In this document: positions 35,841-45,298 of the stretch, piece by piece
Numbering within the stretch: position 1 is the stretch's first letter
Layout: each line of letters opens with the position of its first letter
Assembly: GCA_043811375.1 (NCBI GenBank)
Contig: JBDRNJ010000065.1
Span: 2,278-66,277, forward strand
Length of the DNA stretch: 64,000 nt
Direction of reading: 5' to 3'
Source of the DNA: a bacterium
GTDB taxonomy: Bacteria > Zixibacteria > MSB-5A5 > GN15 > FEB-12
Notes under the pieces: model-generated
Databases searched by the model: none
What the model was told of the DNA's origin: nothing
What the model saw: the letters and a program-made list of their open reading frames with translations, nothing else
Program-made: the position numbers and the translations under genes

Positions 35841-37094
35841 CTAATCTTTCATTGAAGCCAGGAATTTCTCATTGTTCTTGCTTTTCTTGAGTCGATCCAC
35901 AAGGAACTCCATAGCTTCAGTTGGGTTCATTTCCGCCAGGAACTTGCGCAGAATCCAGATCTTGTTCAGCGTCTCGGAATCCTGCAACAGTTCTTCTTTT
36001 CTTGTCGAGGAACGATTGATATCCATGGCCGGGAATATCCGGCGATCGGAGAGGCGCCGATCCAGCACCATTTCCATATTGCCGGTTCCCTTAAACTCCT
36101 CGAAAATCACTTCGTCCATGCGCGATCCGGTCTCTATCAGAGCGGTGGCAATAATGCTGAGTGATCCGCCTTCTTCGATATTGCGGGCAGCACCAAAGAA
36201 TCTTTTGGGTTTGTGCAGGGCGTTGGAGTCAACCCCACCGGAAAGAATCTTTCCCGAGTGCGGTACCACGGCGTTATGCGCCCGCGCCAGTCTCGTGACT
36301 GAATCCAGGAGAATGACAACGTCATGACCTCGTTCGGTCAGCCGCTTGGCCTTTTCCAGGACCATGTGGGACACCTGGACGTGCCGCTCGGCCGGCTCAT
36401 CAAAAGTGGAGGAAACCACTTCCCCATTGACCGAGCGTTTCATGTCAGTCACTTCTTCGGGACGCTCATCGATCAGCAGGACTATCAGTTTCACTTCAGG
36501 GTGATTGGTTGTAATGGATTGAGCAATTTTTTGCAGGATCATAGTCTTGCCGGCCTTTGGCGGCGAAGTTATCAGGCCGCGTTGGCCTTTCCCGATAGGA
36601 CACATCAGGTCGATAATGCGCGTTGTCAGTTCTTCGCTTTCCAGTTCCAGATGAAACGGTTCTTCCGGATACAGTGGCGTCAGATTGTCGAACAGGCTGA
36701 CATGTTTGGCCAACTCCGGATCCTCGTAGTTGACCGACTCGATTTTCAGCAGCGCGAAATAACGCTCATTGTCTTTCGGTGAACGCACCTGCCCGGAGAT
36801 AATGTCACCCGTGCGCAGGTCGAATCGTTTTATCTGAGATGGCGAGACATAGATGTCATCCTGACCCGGCAGATAATTGTAGTCGGGAGAACGCAAAAAG
36901 CCATAGCCCTCATCGAGAGTCTCCAGAACGCCCTCGGCCAGAATGATACCATTCGCCGAAGATTTTGATTCCATGATTTTGTAAATGAGTTCCGATTTGC
37001 GCAGTCCCGAGACTCCGGGGATATCGATATCCTCAGCGATTTTCAGAAGTTCGGCTATTGTTTTGGACTTGAGTTCGCCTGTTTCCGTCTCCAT
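35841..37094 (-). CDS. rho: Transcription termination factor Rho
   Basis: N-terminal [18 protein letters not shown], the cold-shock-like RNA-binding domain GYGFLR, Walker [18 protein letters not shown], and 417 aa. Confidence 0.95.
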   Translation of the reverse strand: METETGELKSKTIAELLKIAEDIDIPGVSGLRKSELIYKIMESKSSANGIILAEGVLETLDEGYGFLRSPDYNYLPGQDDIYVSPSQIKRFDLRTGDIISGQVRSPKDNERYFALLKIESVNYEDPELAKHVSLFDNLTPLYPEEPFHLELESEELTTRIIDLMCPIGKGQRGLITSPPKAGKTMILQKIAQSITTNHPEVKLIVLLIDERPEEVTDMKRSVNGEVVSSTFDEPAERHVQVSHMVLEKAKRLTERGHDVVILLDSVTRLARAHNAVVPHSGKILSGGVDSNALHKPKRFFGAARNIEEGGSLSIIATALIETGSRMDEVIFEEFKGTGNMEMVLDRRLSDRRIFPAMDINRSSTRKEELLQDSETLNKIWILRKFLAEMNPTEAMEFLVDRLKKSKNNEKFLASMKD

Positions 37095-37149
37095 AATTTA
37101 TCCTGCAGTTTGAAGGTGGTTGTTTGCACCATACTGTATTTTAAGATGA

Positions 37150-37506
37150 TCAACCATCGGTAAGTTCCTCGATAGGAGCGTCTCCCCATAGTTTCTCAAG
37201 AGCGTAATAACGACGGGTTGGTTCCTGAAAGATATGAACCACAATATCGATATAATCCAGGAGAATCCAGTTTCCCTCACGCGTTCCTTCACGATGACCG
37301 GCACGGTAGCCGACTTCCAGAAGACCCTCATCAATTGTCTGGGCAATCGCCTTGACGTGGACATCGGCCCCACCGGAAACAATGACAAAAAAATCGCAAA
37401 CAGACGACAACCCCTTGACCTTCATGATCCTGACATCAAAACCTTTTTTGGATAAGGCCAAGCGTCCGGCCCTTCTGGCCAGAGCAAGAGCTGACAGTTT
37501 CTTCAA
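37150..37506 (-). CDS. rsfS: Ribosomal silencing factor RsfS (iojap)
   Basis: KKGFDVRIMKVKGLSSVCDFFVIVSG....HVKAIA...W.LLDY.DIVVHIF....R.YY.LE.LW. TTG start. Confidence 0.85.
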   Translation of the reverse strand: MKKLSALALARRAGRLALSKKGFDVRIMKVKGLSSVCDFFVIVSGGADVHVKAIAQTIDEGLLEVGYRAGHREGTREGNWILLDYIDIVVHIFQEPTRRYYALEKLWGDAPIEELTDG

Positions 37507-37527
37507 CTTTGGCAGCCGCTTCTCCTC

Positions 37528-37983
37528 TCACCGGGATTCGGGCAACGACATGACCTGATAATCCTCACCCAATATCAGGGTCGTCGAAACCTGTTTACTG
37601 TTATTTTCCAGGGCACGAAACTCCACCAGCGAAGAGTCAAGTCCCAGTTTTTTCGCCAGCAGTACAGCCGCTGTCTTGTCCTCCTGCCGAGCTACAATCA
37701 GTGTGTGTGCAACCGGTCTCCGATCAAACCTGGATTTTGCTACCACTCGAATTTCCAGGTTAGCGTCCTGATATCCCTCAAGACGCCTGGCCAACCGATG
37801 TTCCAATCCGTCAACTCCAGTGCCATTGACGATCTGAAGCATGATCAGATGGACCGGTCGCTCGACCACGCGGGATATCCCACCCGCTGCTGTCAGGGTC
37901 GTAATTACCATATACAGCAACAACATCATGGTCACTGCGGCCATGACTATCCCCAGGTATTGGACCGTCCTTCTGACTCTCAT
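37528..37983 (-). CDS. LytR_C-domain membrane-anchored protein
   Basis: An N-terminal TM helix followed by IVNGTGVDGLEHRLARRL......V..A.........TLI.......AA.LLAKKLGL. Confidence 0.65.
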   Translation of the reverse strand: MRVRRTVQYLGIVMAAVTMMLLLYMVITTLTAAGGISRVVERPVHLIMLQIVNGTGVDGLEHRLARRLEGYQDANLEIRVVAKSRFDRRPVAHTLIVARQEDKTAAVLLAKKLGLDSSLVEFRALENNSKQVSTTLILGEDYQVMSLPESR

Positions 37984-38101
37984 TGATAAACTGCCAATCG
38001 GTTAATACTCACTTGATTTGAAGTTCCCCGAAGAACCGTATTGGGGTGCGAAGGCTGGGGGCGGAAAACGAATTACACCAGGCTACAGAAAGTCTCCTTA
38101 T

Positions 38102-38569
38102 CTAAAATGGGCAGAGCGGTCGCATGTAACCACTGTTCCACAACTGATTCACTGAGCCCGGATATCTCTGAACACCCACACTCATGTGAACTTTGTCGGA
38201 CGGATGGTAATCGAGCCAGACTCCCGGAAAAACCGATATGTCGCTATTGGAGTCACGCCACGCGCCACTTATTCCGTGAGCGACATTCAGATTAACCCCC
38301 AGCGTGAAGCTGGAAGATAACTCGTATAACATCATGCTGTTGAGCATACCCAGCGACCCCGAACCGTAACCTCCGGAAAAGTATGAAACAGAGTAACGGT
38401 GAGACCATTGCATACGAGAAAAGTCCAGCAGTGAAAACGGACTCGCCACCGGCTTTACTCCCAGACTGTTGGCCCTGGTCAACGTTTCCAGTTGGGCTCG
38501 TTCAGAAGACTGAGCCAGCACTGTGGCGCCCAGACCCAGAATTGCCAGGATGATAAGAATCTTTTTCAT
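38102..38569 (-). CDS. Small secreted protein, possibly an outer-membrane beta-barrel
   Basis: ATG at 38569 gives MKKILIILAILGLGATVLAQ, a signal peptide. The rest is rich in alternating aromatic/Gly/Ser residues. No family was recognised. Confidence 0.5.
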   Translation of the reverse strand: MKKILIILAILGLGATVLAQSSERAQLETLTRANSLGVKPVASPFSLLDFSRMQWSHRYSVSYFSGGYGSGSLGMLNSMMLYELSSSFTLGVNLNVAHGISGAWRDSNSDISVFPGVWLDYHPSDKVHMSVGVQRYPGSVNQLWNSGYMRPLCPF

Positions 38570-38730
38570 TTCGATTATCCGTAAACTCTCAAACTTATTA
38601 CCTAATTTAGGCTCCGATTCTCTGCCGGTCAACATAAAAAAGTACCGTACTGTCAGTGTTTTCGGCAGTTTCGGGGCTTCGTTCTATGCTTTTTTACACT
38701 CGAACCGTCAATGAAGATGATTAAAAACAG

Positions 38731-39483
38731 CTACCTGTTTCCGGACAGACGGTCGAATTTGCGCGCCAGCAGTTGCAACTGCTCCTCAGAGTTGACCCCC
38801 AGTGCTTCATCCGGATTCTCCACCGTTACCACCGAGACTACTAAGTTCTTGCGGTGTAGAATCTTAACTGTGTCCGTCAGGTAGTATTCGCCCTGCTCGT
38901 TGTCATTATTCACCTGGGCCAGAACCTCAAAGAGAAGCTTGTTGTCAAAACAGAACAGCCCGGTATTAATCTCACGAATTTTTCGCTCCCGGATCGAGGT
39001 ATCTCTGTCCTCGATGATATCTCTGAGACGGTTGCTTTGCCCGTCACGTACGATGCGACCATAACCCGTCGGATCCTCAAGAACCGCCGAAAGACAGGTA
39101 GCGGCGGCACCGGTATCCTCGTGAACGGTGTACAGCTGTCTGATGGTTGCCTCCGTCAGAAACGGGACATCCCCCAGCGCCACCAGGGTCGTTCCCTGGA
39201 AGCCACCAAGTACCTCCCGAGCCATTTGTACGGCGTGGGCGGTGCCGAGCTGTTGTCGCTGCCATACAAACGTAACCGGGTAGTCAGTCAGCTCCTTTTG
39301 CACCGCTTCCCCCATGTAACCTATCACGACGACCACCTGCGACAACTGCAACTGAAGCAATGAGTCCAGCAAAATGGCGATAATAGGGCGACCATTGATA
39401 GGATGAAGAACCTTGGGCAGGTCCGACTTCATTCGCTTACCCTTGCCTGCGGCCAGGACTATGGCTGCTCTACTGCGGGACAT
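38731..39483 (-). CDS. Sugar-phosphate nucleotidyltransferase resembling the GlmU N-terminal (uridyltransferase) domain only
   Basis: AIVLAAGKGKRMKSDLPKVLHPINGRPII...GTAHAV...N.QGEYYLTD. Only 250 aa, with no left-handed beta-helix acetyltransferase part. Confidence 0.75.
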   Translation of the reverse strand: MSRSRAAIVLAAGKGKRMKSDLPKVLHPINGRPIIAILLDSLLQLQLSQVVVVIGYMGEAVQKELTDYPVTFVWQRQQLGTAHAVQMAREVLGGFQGTTLVALGDVPFLTEATIRQLYTVHEDTGAAATCLSAVLEDPTGYGRIVRDGQSNRLRDIIEDRDTSIRERKIREINTGLFCFDNKLLFEVLAQVNNDNEQGEYYLTDTVKILHRKNLVVSVVTVENPDEALGVNSEEQLQLLARKFDRLSGNR

Positions 39484-39532
39484 GGCTTTGTTCGGGGTGA
39501 GGTTCTCGGGATATTGCCGACACCGTGCGGAG

Positions 39533-39886
39533 TCACAGTTTTATCGGTTTGTTAGTCTTATCGACATGGACAACGGCCGGCTTGAAACGGGCAACATCAG
39601 CCTTGTCTACGTGGCCGAAGGCGAGAATGATAACGATGTCTCCGATCGAACCTTTACGTGCTGCCGCACCGTTGAGGGCAATGACACCACTGCCGGCCTC
39701 GCCTTCGATTACATACGATTCGAAACGTTCTCCGTTACTGCAATTCGCTATCAGGACTTTTTCATACGGAGCCAGGTCGGCCTGTGCCATCAAATCGGCA
39801 TCAATGCTTATGGAACCGACATAGCTGAGATTGGCGTCAGTAATGGTGGCCCGATGGATTTTTGATTTCAGGACTGTGATCAGCAT
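39533..39886 (-). CDS. panD: Aspartate 1-decarboxylase proenzyme
   Basis: MLITVLKSKIHRATITDANLSYVGSISID, including the Gly-Ser self-cleavage site. The ATG at 39886 gives 117 aa. The track's 40024 extension is rejected. Confidence 0.9.
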   Translation of the reverse strand: MLITVLKSKIHRATITDANLSYVGSISIDADLMAQADLAPYEKVLIANCSNGERFESYVIEGEAGSGVIALNGAAARKGSIGDIVIILAFGHVDKADVARFKPAVVHVDKTNKPIKL

Positions 39887-40171
39887 TGCTTTCTCTTGTT
39901 CCGCTCGTTGTTCGCAGGCCAATATACATAAAACATCCCGGCACGCAAGGTAGTTCCATCGGTGGAACCGGAATTGCATTGACCGGTATTCCGACCAAAC
40001 CACGATTCCGGGATTACCGCACAAGCTATGTATTCACAGGGACTTGAAGTAGCAGTGCTCGTCGACAGGAAAGGTCCAGACTGCTGATCCTCTTCTTCCA
40101 TTTTCATAATATCGATACTATATTAAACTGACGGTTGCTGATCGGATCACCGGTTGACTGGTTGGAGTACG

Positions 40172-40846
40172 ATGTCTATCAGAAAGCACAGCGGAACGAC
40201 GGACGACGCATACCGCTCACAGCGTCTGCGAATGGTTGATGAACAGTTGACGGCGCGTGGCATTCGTGACAGTGTCGTGCTGGCTGCTATGCGCACCGTA
40301 CCGCGACATTTGTTCGTGCCCCGGAAATCGCGCTCCCAGGCTTACCATGACGGCCCGTTGACGATCGGCTACGGGCAAACGATCTCACAGCCGTACGTGG
40401 TAGCCTCGATGACAGAACATCTGGAGTTGCAAGCGAACAGCAAAGTGCTTGAAATCGGCACCGGCTGTGGTTATCAGGCGGCGGTGCTGGCCGAGATAAC
40501 CCACCGCGTCTTCACTATCGAAATGATTCCGGAATTACTGCAACGCACAGACAAGCGCTTGCACCAACTGGGCTACGGTCATATCCGAACCATGCTCAAT
40601 GACGGTTCACTCGGCTGGGCCGGGGAAGCGCCGTTTGACGCCATCATTGTGACCGCCGCCGCGCCCAGGATACCTGAGGAACTGATCGAACAGTTGGCCG
40701 AAGGTGGCCGGATGGTGCTGCCGCTGTCTGTAAATGAGTATGGACGGCAGGACCTGGTTAAGTTACGCCGGATGGCCGAAGGTGTTGTGAAACAGGTGTT
40801 GTACGAAGTCCGTTTTGTCCCCATGCGAGGTGAGGTAGAACAGTAG
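40172..40846 (+). CDS. pcm: Protein-L-isoaspartate O-methyltransferase
   Basis: VPRHLFVP...AY.D.PL.IG.GQTISQPYVVA.M, SAM motif VLEIGTGCGYQAAVLA, and GGRMVLP. ATG at 40172 with GGAG upstream. Confidence 0.9.
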   Translation: MSIRKHSGTTDDAYRSQRLRMVDEQLTARGIRDSVVLAAMRTVPRHLFVPRKSRSQAYHDGPLTIGYGQTISQPYVVASMTEHLELQANSKVLEIGTGCGYQAAVLAEITHRVFTIEMIPELLQRTDKRLHQLGYGHIRTMLNDGSLGWAGEAPFDAIIVTAAAPRIPEELIEQLAEGGRMVLPLSVNEYGRQDLVKLRRMAEGVVKQVLYEVRFVPMRGEVEQ

Positions 40847-40980
40847 TCTGCCTGCCGTCGATCAGTCTTTGGTGTTTTCGATAGTCAGGTTATATCGTCC
40901 AGGGTATTGTCCCGGCACTTGCAACATCGGTATTAATTGCGTATCCTGGATCAGAAACAACTCACTTAACGGGAGGAATT

Positions 40981-41451
40981 ATGAATAATATATTCAAAGT
41001 CAGTCTGACTGTCCTGGTAACAGCGGTTCCGGTTTTGAGCCTTGCTCAGGATTCCGCGACAATTGACGAACCTTCGGTGACAGCCGAAGCACAAATCTGC
41101 ACTGCTGTCGAGGAGCGGATACCCGTCGGCACGGCTGCGACTTATACTGCCGATGTTGAACGTCTATATCTGTGGTGTCGGGTGACCGGTGCTGTCGATA
41201 CGACAGTCGTCAGCCACCTTTGGCTCTACGAGGGAAAAGAGATGGCTACCGTCGAGTTACCGGTGCGCAGTGCCTCCTGGAGGACCTGGAGCTCCAAGAC
41301 GATCCTTCCGGAATGGACCGGTCAGTGGGAAGTACGCGTGCTGGACACCGACGGCGAGGTTCTCAGTTCCACGTCATTCACGATAGATATTGCCCCGGAG
41401 GTTGAGACGGCGGCCCCTGCCGATACCGGCCAGTCGAGCGACTCGTTGTAG
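40981..41451 (+). CDS. Secreted DUF2914-like protein
   Basis: Signal peptide MNNIFKVSLTVLVTAVPVLSLAQ, then CTAVEERIPVG...LYLWCRV.G.....V.H.W.YEG......ELPV.S.SWRTWS.K.I......G.W.V.V.D..G..L. GGGAGG lies before the ATG. Confidence 0.65.
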   Translation: MNNIFKVSLTVLVTAVPVLSLAQDSATIDEPSVTAEAQICTAVEERIPVGTAATYTADVERLYLWCRVTGAVDTTVVSHLWLYEGKEMATVELPVRSASWRTWSSKTILPEWTGQWEVRVLDTDGEVLSSTSFTIDIAPEVETAAPADTGQSSDSL

Positions 41452-41658
41452 AGCAATCTCAGGGTGGCGCAAGCCAGTGGCAAGCCACCTATATTCTCAA
41501 TCACGTAACGGCGGGTGCCGAAGGCACACTTATTGTGTCCTCTGGTGGCGTGGACACACAAGGAGATATGTCCACCACTGATCCTCTCCAAACAAGTTTG
41601 AAGAAGGCCACCCGTCGCCACAATTTCTTCATGCAGAGTAATCGGTATCAGCTTTTCC

Positions 41659-42339
41659 TTATTTGCCGTATCGTTGCACTTCGGTAGTGATTGAGTCAAC
41701 CTCTTTTGCCATGAGATTCGATTGAGCGTACAAATACTTCGCGTACACCCACAGACCCTGATCGAGGCGCTTGTATTTGAAGGACTCAAGGCCAGTATAG
41801 ACAAGAAGGGCATCGATGACTGAAACGTATCGCCTATACTCGCGCAAGTTGGATTGAGTGAAATGCGGACAAAATCTGAGCTGTTTATTGAGTGCGGTCA
41901 ACAACCTCATTACCAGACTGTCAAAGAGCGGATACTTAGTTGGCTCATGAAGAGCGGCGTACTTCGTGGCGAAGGAATAGAAGTCTATTTCCCTTCCTGT
42001 TTTCTTCGCCCTTATGCCGTGTCCGCACCGCATATCGTCAACTAGTGACAGATCGCCGGATGCGAGCCGCCTGCCTGAAACGGTATTCAAGATGTGTTTG
42101 GCAATTTTCTCTGTATCGTAAATCTGAGTGGAATAGAACGAATTGATAAGCATGACCTTTGGCAGCACGGCTTGAATAGTGTTACTTCCCTGAAACTTCT
42201 TAATTGCTGTTGTGATTACGCTATCGGAGAGCGCAAATCGTTCGTTCTGGTCAAATAACTCCGAGCATTTAACCAACAACTGTCTCAAAGATGATTTGTC
42301 AAACACTTGATTAGCCACAAACAGAAGATAGTTGTTCAC
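41659..42339 (-). CDS. Orphan cytoplasmic protein in a low-GC patch
   Basis: 226 aa with a GTG start, 58 nt downstream of the S8 stop on the same strand. Four 60-nt lines counted give 38-48% G+C, against ~60% in lines of both flanking genes. The motif FYSFATKYAALHEPTKYPLFDSLV is noted but no family was recognised. Confidence 0.55.
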   Translation of the reverse strand: MNNYLLFVANQVFDKSSLRQLLVKCSELFDQNERFALSDSVITTAIKKFQGSNTIQAVLPKVMLINSFYSTQIYDTEKIAKHILNTVSGRRLASGDLSLVDDMRCGHGIRAKKTGREIDFYSFATKYAALHEPTKYPLFDSLVMRLLTALNKQLRFCPHFTQSNLREYRRYVSVIDALLVYTGLESFKYKRLDQGLWVYAKYLYAQSNLMAKEVDSITTEVQRYGK

Positions 42340-42397
42340 CTACTTTCAGAAAAGGATTTTAGATAACGTTAGATGTTCGAGCGACCAGTTCTTGCCA

Positions 42398-45127
42398 CTA
42401 CAGTTCCAGCCAGAAGTAACACGGCTCCGGGCCACCCTGGAAAAGGTAGGCTACCAGGTAGGTCAGGTCGCCAACGTCTACTCCCCCACTGCAATCGACA
42501 TCACCGGTCGGCGGCGGCTGTGGCTCCGGGCCGCCCTGGAACAGATAAGCCACCAGGTAGGTCAAGTCACCAACGTTGATACCCGCCTCGCCGTCAACGT
42601 CGCCGGATTGGGTCCAGACTCCGTTCGTGTTGACGAATCGGACGGCCTCAGAATCTGAGACAATATTCTGGGGAATATCACCATCATCGAAGTGGCACAG
42701 GGCTAAACAGCCCTCTTCAGAAATACCTATCAGTGCCGACTGCTCCAGTCCACTGCCGCCGATATCCCGGTACTGAAAGAGAATGTGGCCGTCCTCAGTA
42801 AGCACTACTTCGAAATTGATAGTGCTGTCATCGGGAGTTAGAGCACTGGAGAGATGGTACCACTCGATGACACAGGTATCATAGGCCGGACTGCGGTAGA
42901 GATAAACGCCGGCATCCGCTACGCCGGCGGTGTCAATAACGAGGTCATTCCAGAAAGGCGCCAGAAACGTGGCGAACGGAGCGCCGGGGATATCAAAGCT
43001 GGAGAAGAAACCGTCGACACTCAGATCATCGTCGGTGAACGAGATACCGCCGTTCACACCGACGTGTACCATGTCATAACTGGAATCGAAATATATCATA
43101 TCAAAACCGATCCACAGCGGCCCGGCGGTGCCGTCGTCGAGAGGATTGTAACCGGAGAAAGCATTGTGGCTGATCCTGGCCCCGAGATCCTTCGCGGAAA
43201 TCCAGCCGAATGCCGGTCCACCGGAATCATCCGACGAAATCGCCAAGTAGGTGGTATCTAAACAGGGTACTTCCATAAATACCGGGATAAAGATCATTGA
43301 ATCAAGCGAACCACCCGACGGTCCCCAGGATACCTCGATCACACCGCTATACCGTTTGATACGGTCTTCTATGACGGTGGCGTCCAGAGTGATGTCAATC
43401 CTGACTGAATCGTCTGCGGGAACGCTGCCGGTTTGTGGTGCGGCACTCAGCCAGTCCTCTTCAACCAGCCTGACTAAAGAATCATTACCGATGATGTCGA
43501 AATCAAAAGTGGTGGTTCCCGATCGATTGACCAGCCATAACTCGACAACACCCACTTCACTTTCGCTGACCACAGTGTCGATAAATATCGGCTTTGCATA
43601 CAATGAGGGCGGTCCGGTCAATGTCACCACGGCCGCCAGCAGGTCCGGGCGGGGGCCGATCTGTTCAGACGTATCCCCTGCCTGCGGTGTCCCGGTTGCC
43701 ACCAGGATATCCCTGATGATGTCGGCGGTCAGTGCCATTCCGTATGTCGCGCGGTAGTGTCCCTGTAAACAGGCGGCGGCTCCGGCCACGATAGGCGATG
43801 CTGCCGATGTCCCGTTAAAGATGGCCGTGTAGTACTGGTCTTCATCGCCGCCCCCGTCAAACAGGTTGCCGTATCCAGTGGAATAGACGTCCGAACCGTA
43901 ACCCTGTAAATTGACGCGGGCACCGTAGTTGGAGAAATCCTGCCTCTTCAGATCGTCGGCTGAAGCCGCCGGGTATCCGGCTCCCACCATGATGGCGTGC
44001 GAGTTGCGCCAGGTAGTGTCAAACAGCGAACCGTACAGGACGTCATCGAGGTCCTCAGCGCCGTTGGCGGCCGGTTCGACAACTACGATCCCCTTAGCCC
44101 AGGCATAAAGCATGGCGTCATAGTTGGCCTGCCAGTACTCCATGCAGACATACCCCAGTTGATCGGGCCGCGGCTGGAAGTTATAGCGGGGTCCGGGCGC
44201 GTGTAATTCTATCAGGATGATGTCTCCCGCCTGCAACGTATCAATGGCCGCATAGATCGCTTCCGCCGTCGACCAATTTCCGACCGAGACCATGCCGATA
44301 TCAGCTCCGGGACAGATGCCGGTAACGCCGTACCCGTTATCACCGGCGATCATGGTTCCGATCACGGCCGTGCCATGGTTACGCCAGACCGGGTCACTGA
44401 CCGGTTCACCGAGAATAATCCCCGATGCCGCCTTGTCCAGGTCCTCGTGCGTTGTCTGCCAGGCACCTTCGATATCGATTATCATAACACCACTGCCGTC
44501 GCCACCGGCCAGACTATTGGCGTAGTCGGCATCGATACCAACCGGAGCCGCCTTACGGTAGTCCTGGTCAGCCTGGTAATCCGGAGTCGGTGGTGGAATG
44601 TCTGCCGCCGGTTCGGGCGTCGGCTGGAGATAGGTGATCTCGACAACATCCAGCCGGTTCAAATCGTTGATTATCTGTTCCGCCTCGATTGGACCGGAAA
44701 CATCGATACAGAAATAGCTGTTGAGATCGGCCAGTTCCTGCTTAGCAGCCCACTGCCACACCTGTCGGTCACAATCCAGCCGGGCTTCCGAAAAATTTGA
44801 AAACAAACGTCGACAACCTGTGCCGAGACGTCCCTTCAGCACCCGGTTAATTTCCCCGACCGGCACCTCGTTTTTCAACACAAACCGACTGCCGCAGTAC
44901 CGAACGGCTGACTCATCCCGAAACTTGACTACCACGCAGGAAGCCGATGCTGCCGGGTCGATCTGCGTAACCGCCGGTTTGAGGGGTAATACTCGTGACG
45001 TCAGATGACCGGTTGTCCGAGAGGGATTGTCCAACCGGCTCATGCCCCAGGCAATCATGCTCCCCAGCGCAACTGTGGTCAGGAACGCCACAACTGATGC
45101 TGATCGGATAATTCCGATGGGTTTCAT
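42398..45127 (-). CDS. Secreted subtilisin-like serine peptidase (S8) with C-terminal dockerin-like pair
   Basis: ATG at 45127 (GGAGG 5 nt upstream) gives MKPIGIIRSASVVAFLTTVALGSMIAWG. Catalytic residues: Asp (VMIIDIEGAW), His (NHGTAVIGTM) and Ser (NGTSAASPIVAG). The C-terminus is GDVDGEAGINVGDLTYLVAYLFQGGPEP...GDVDCSGGVDVGDLTYLVAYLFQGGPEPCYFWLEL. Confidence 0.85.
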   Translation of the reverse strand: MKPIGIIRSASVVAFLTTVALGSMIAWGMSRLDNPSRTTGHLTSRVLPLKPAVTQIDPAASASCVVVKFRDESAVRYCGSRFVLKNEVPVGEINRVLKGRLGTGCRRLFSNFSEARLDCDRQVWQWAAKQELADLNSYFCIDVSGPIEAEQIINDLNRLDVVEITYLQPTPEPAADIPPPTPDYQADQDYRKAAPVGIDADYANSLAGGDGSGVMIIDIEGAWQTTHEDLDKAASGIILGEPVSDPVWRNHGTAVIGTMIAGDNGYGVTGICPGADIGMVSVGNWSTAEAIYAAIDTLQAGDIILIELHAPGPRYNFQPRPDQLGYVCMEYWQANYDAMLYAWAKGIVVVEPAANGAEDLDDVLYGSLFDTTWRNSHAIMVGAGYPAASADDLKRQDFSNYGARVNLQGYGSDVYSTGYGNLFDGGGDEDQYYTAIFNGTSAASPIVAGAAACLQGHYRATYGMALTADIIRDILVATGTPQAGDTSEQIGPRPDLLAAVVTLTGPPSLYAKPIFIDTVVSESEVGVVELWLVNRSGTTTFDFDIIGNDSLVRLVEEDWLSAAPQTGSVPADDSVRIDITLDATVIEDRIKRYSGVIEVSWGPSGGSLDSMIFIPVFMEVPCLDTTYLAISSDDSGGPAFGWISAKDLGARISHNAFSGYNPLDDGTAGPLWIGFDMIYFDSSYDMVHVGVNGGISFTDDDLSVDGFFSSFDIPGAPFATFLAPFWNDLVIDTAGVADAGVYLYRSPAYDTCVIEWYHLSSALTPDDSTINFEVVLTEDGHILFQYRDIGGSGLEQSALIGISEEGCLALCHFDDGDIPQNIVSDSEAVRFVNTNGVWTQSGDVDGEAGINVGDLTYLVAYLFQGGPEPQPPPTGDVDCSGGVDVGDLTYLVAYLFQGGPEPCYFWLEL
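42419..42607 (-). repeat. Dockerin-like EF-hand pair, second locus
   Basis: Same motif pair as 16655-16840. ggtgacctgacctacctggt.gc.ta..t.ttccagggyggyccgga is recognisable at the DNA level. Confidence 0.8.
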
Positions 45128-45207
45128 GATACCTCCGACGGTAGTGCCCGTTGATGGTGAGTAACAGATCGGGCACGGATACCACAACCATGCGGCACCC
45201 TGTTACA

Positions 45208-45235
45208 AATATATCGTTAATCCCAAAATTGTCAA
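45208..45235 (-). promoter_or_regulatory. Sigma70-type promoter of the S8 peptidase gene
   Basis: The minus strand reads TTGACA (45235-45230), 16 nt, TATATT (45213-45208). It lies ~75 nt upstream of the ATG at 45127. Confidence 0.55.
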
Positions 45236-45298
45236 CAAGTTATCCTACGGGAAGGGTATCGGTTAAGCCGGGAAATAAATGAGATAAAGGGCAACCTG

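Noticed and set aside
41473-41488. Exact 16-mer gccagtggcaagccac shared with 51849-51864, both in convergent spacers and both preceded by a (a)gtggc half-repeat
   Set aside because: With ~4e9 position pairs on two strands against 4^16 possibilities, about one exact 16-mer match is expected by chance in 64 kb. The extended similarity is short and contains an indel. This is not enough to call a repeat family without a genome-wide count.
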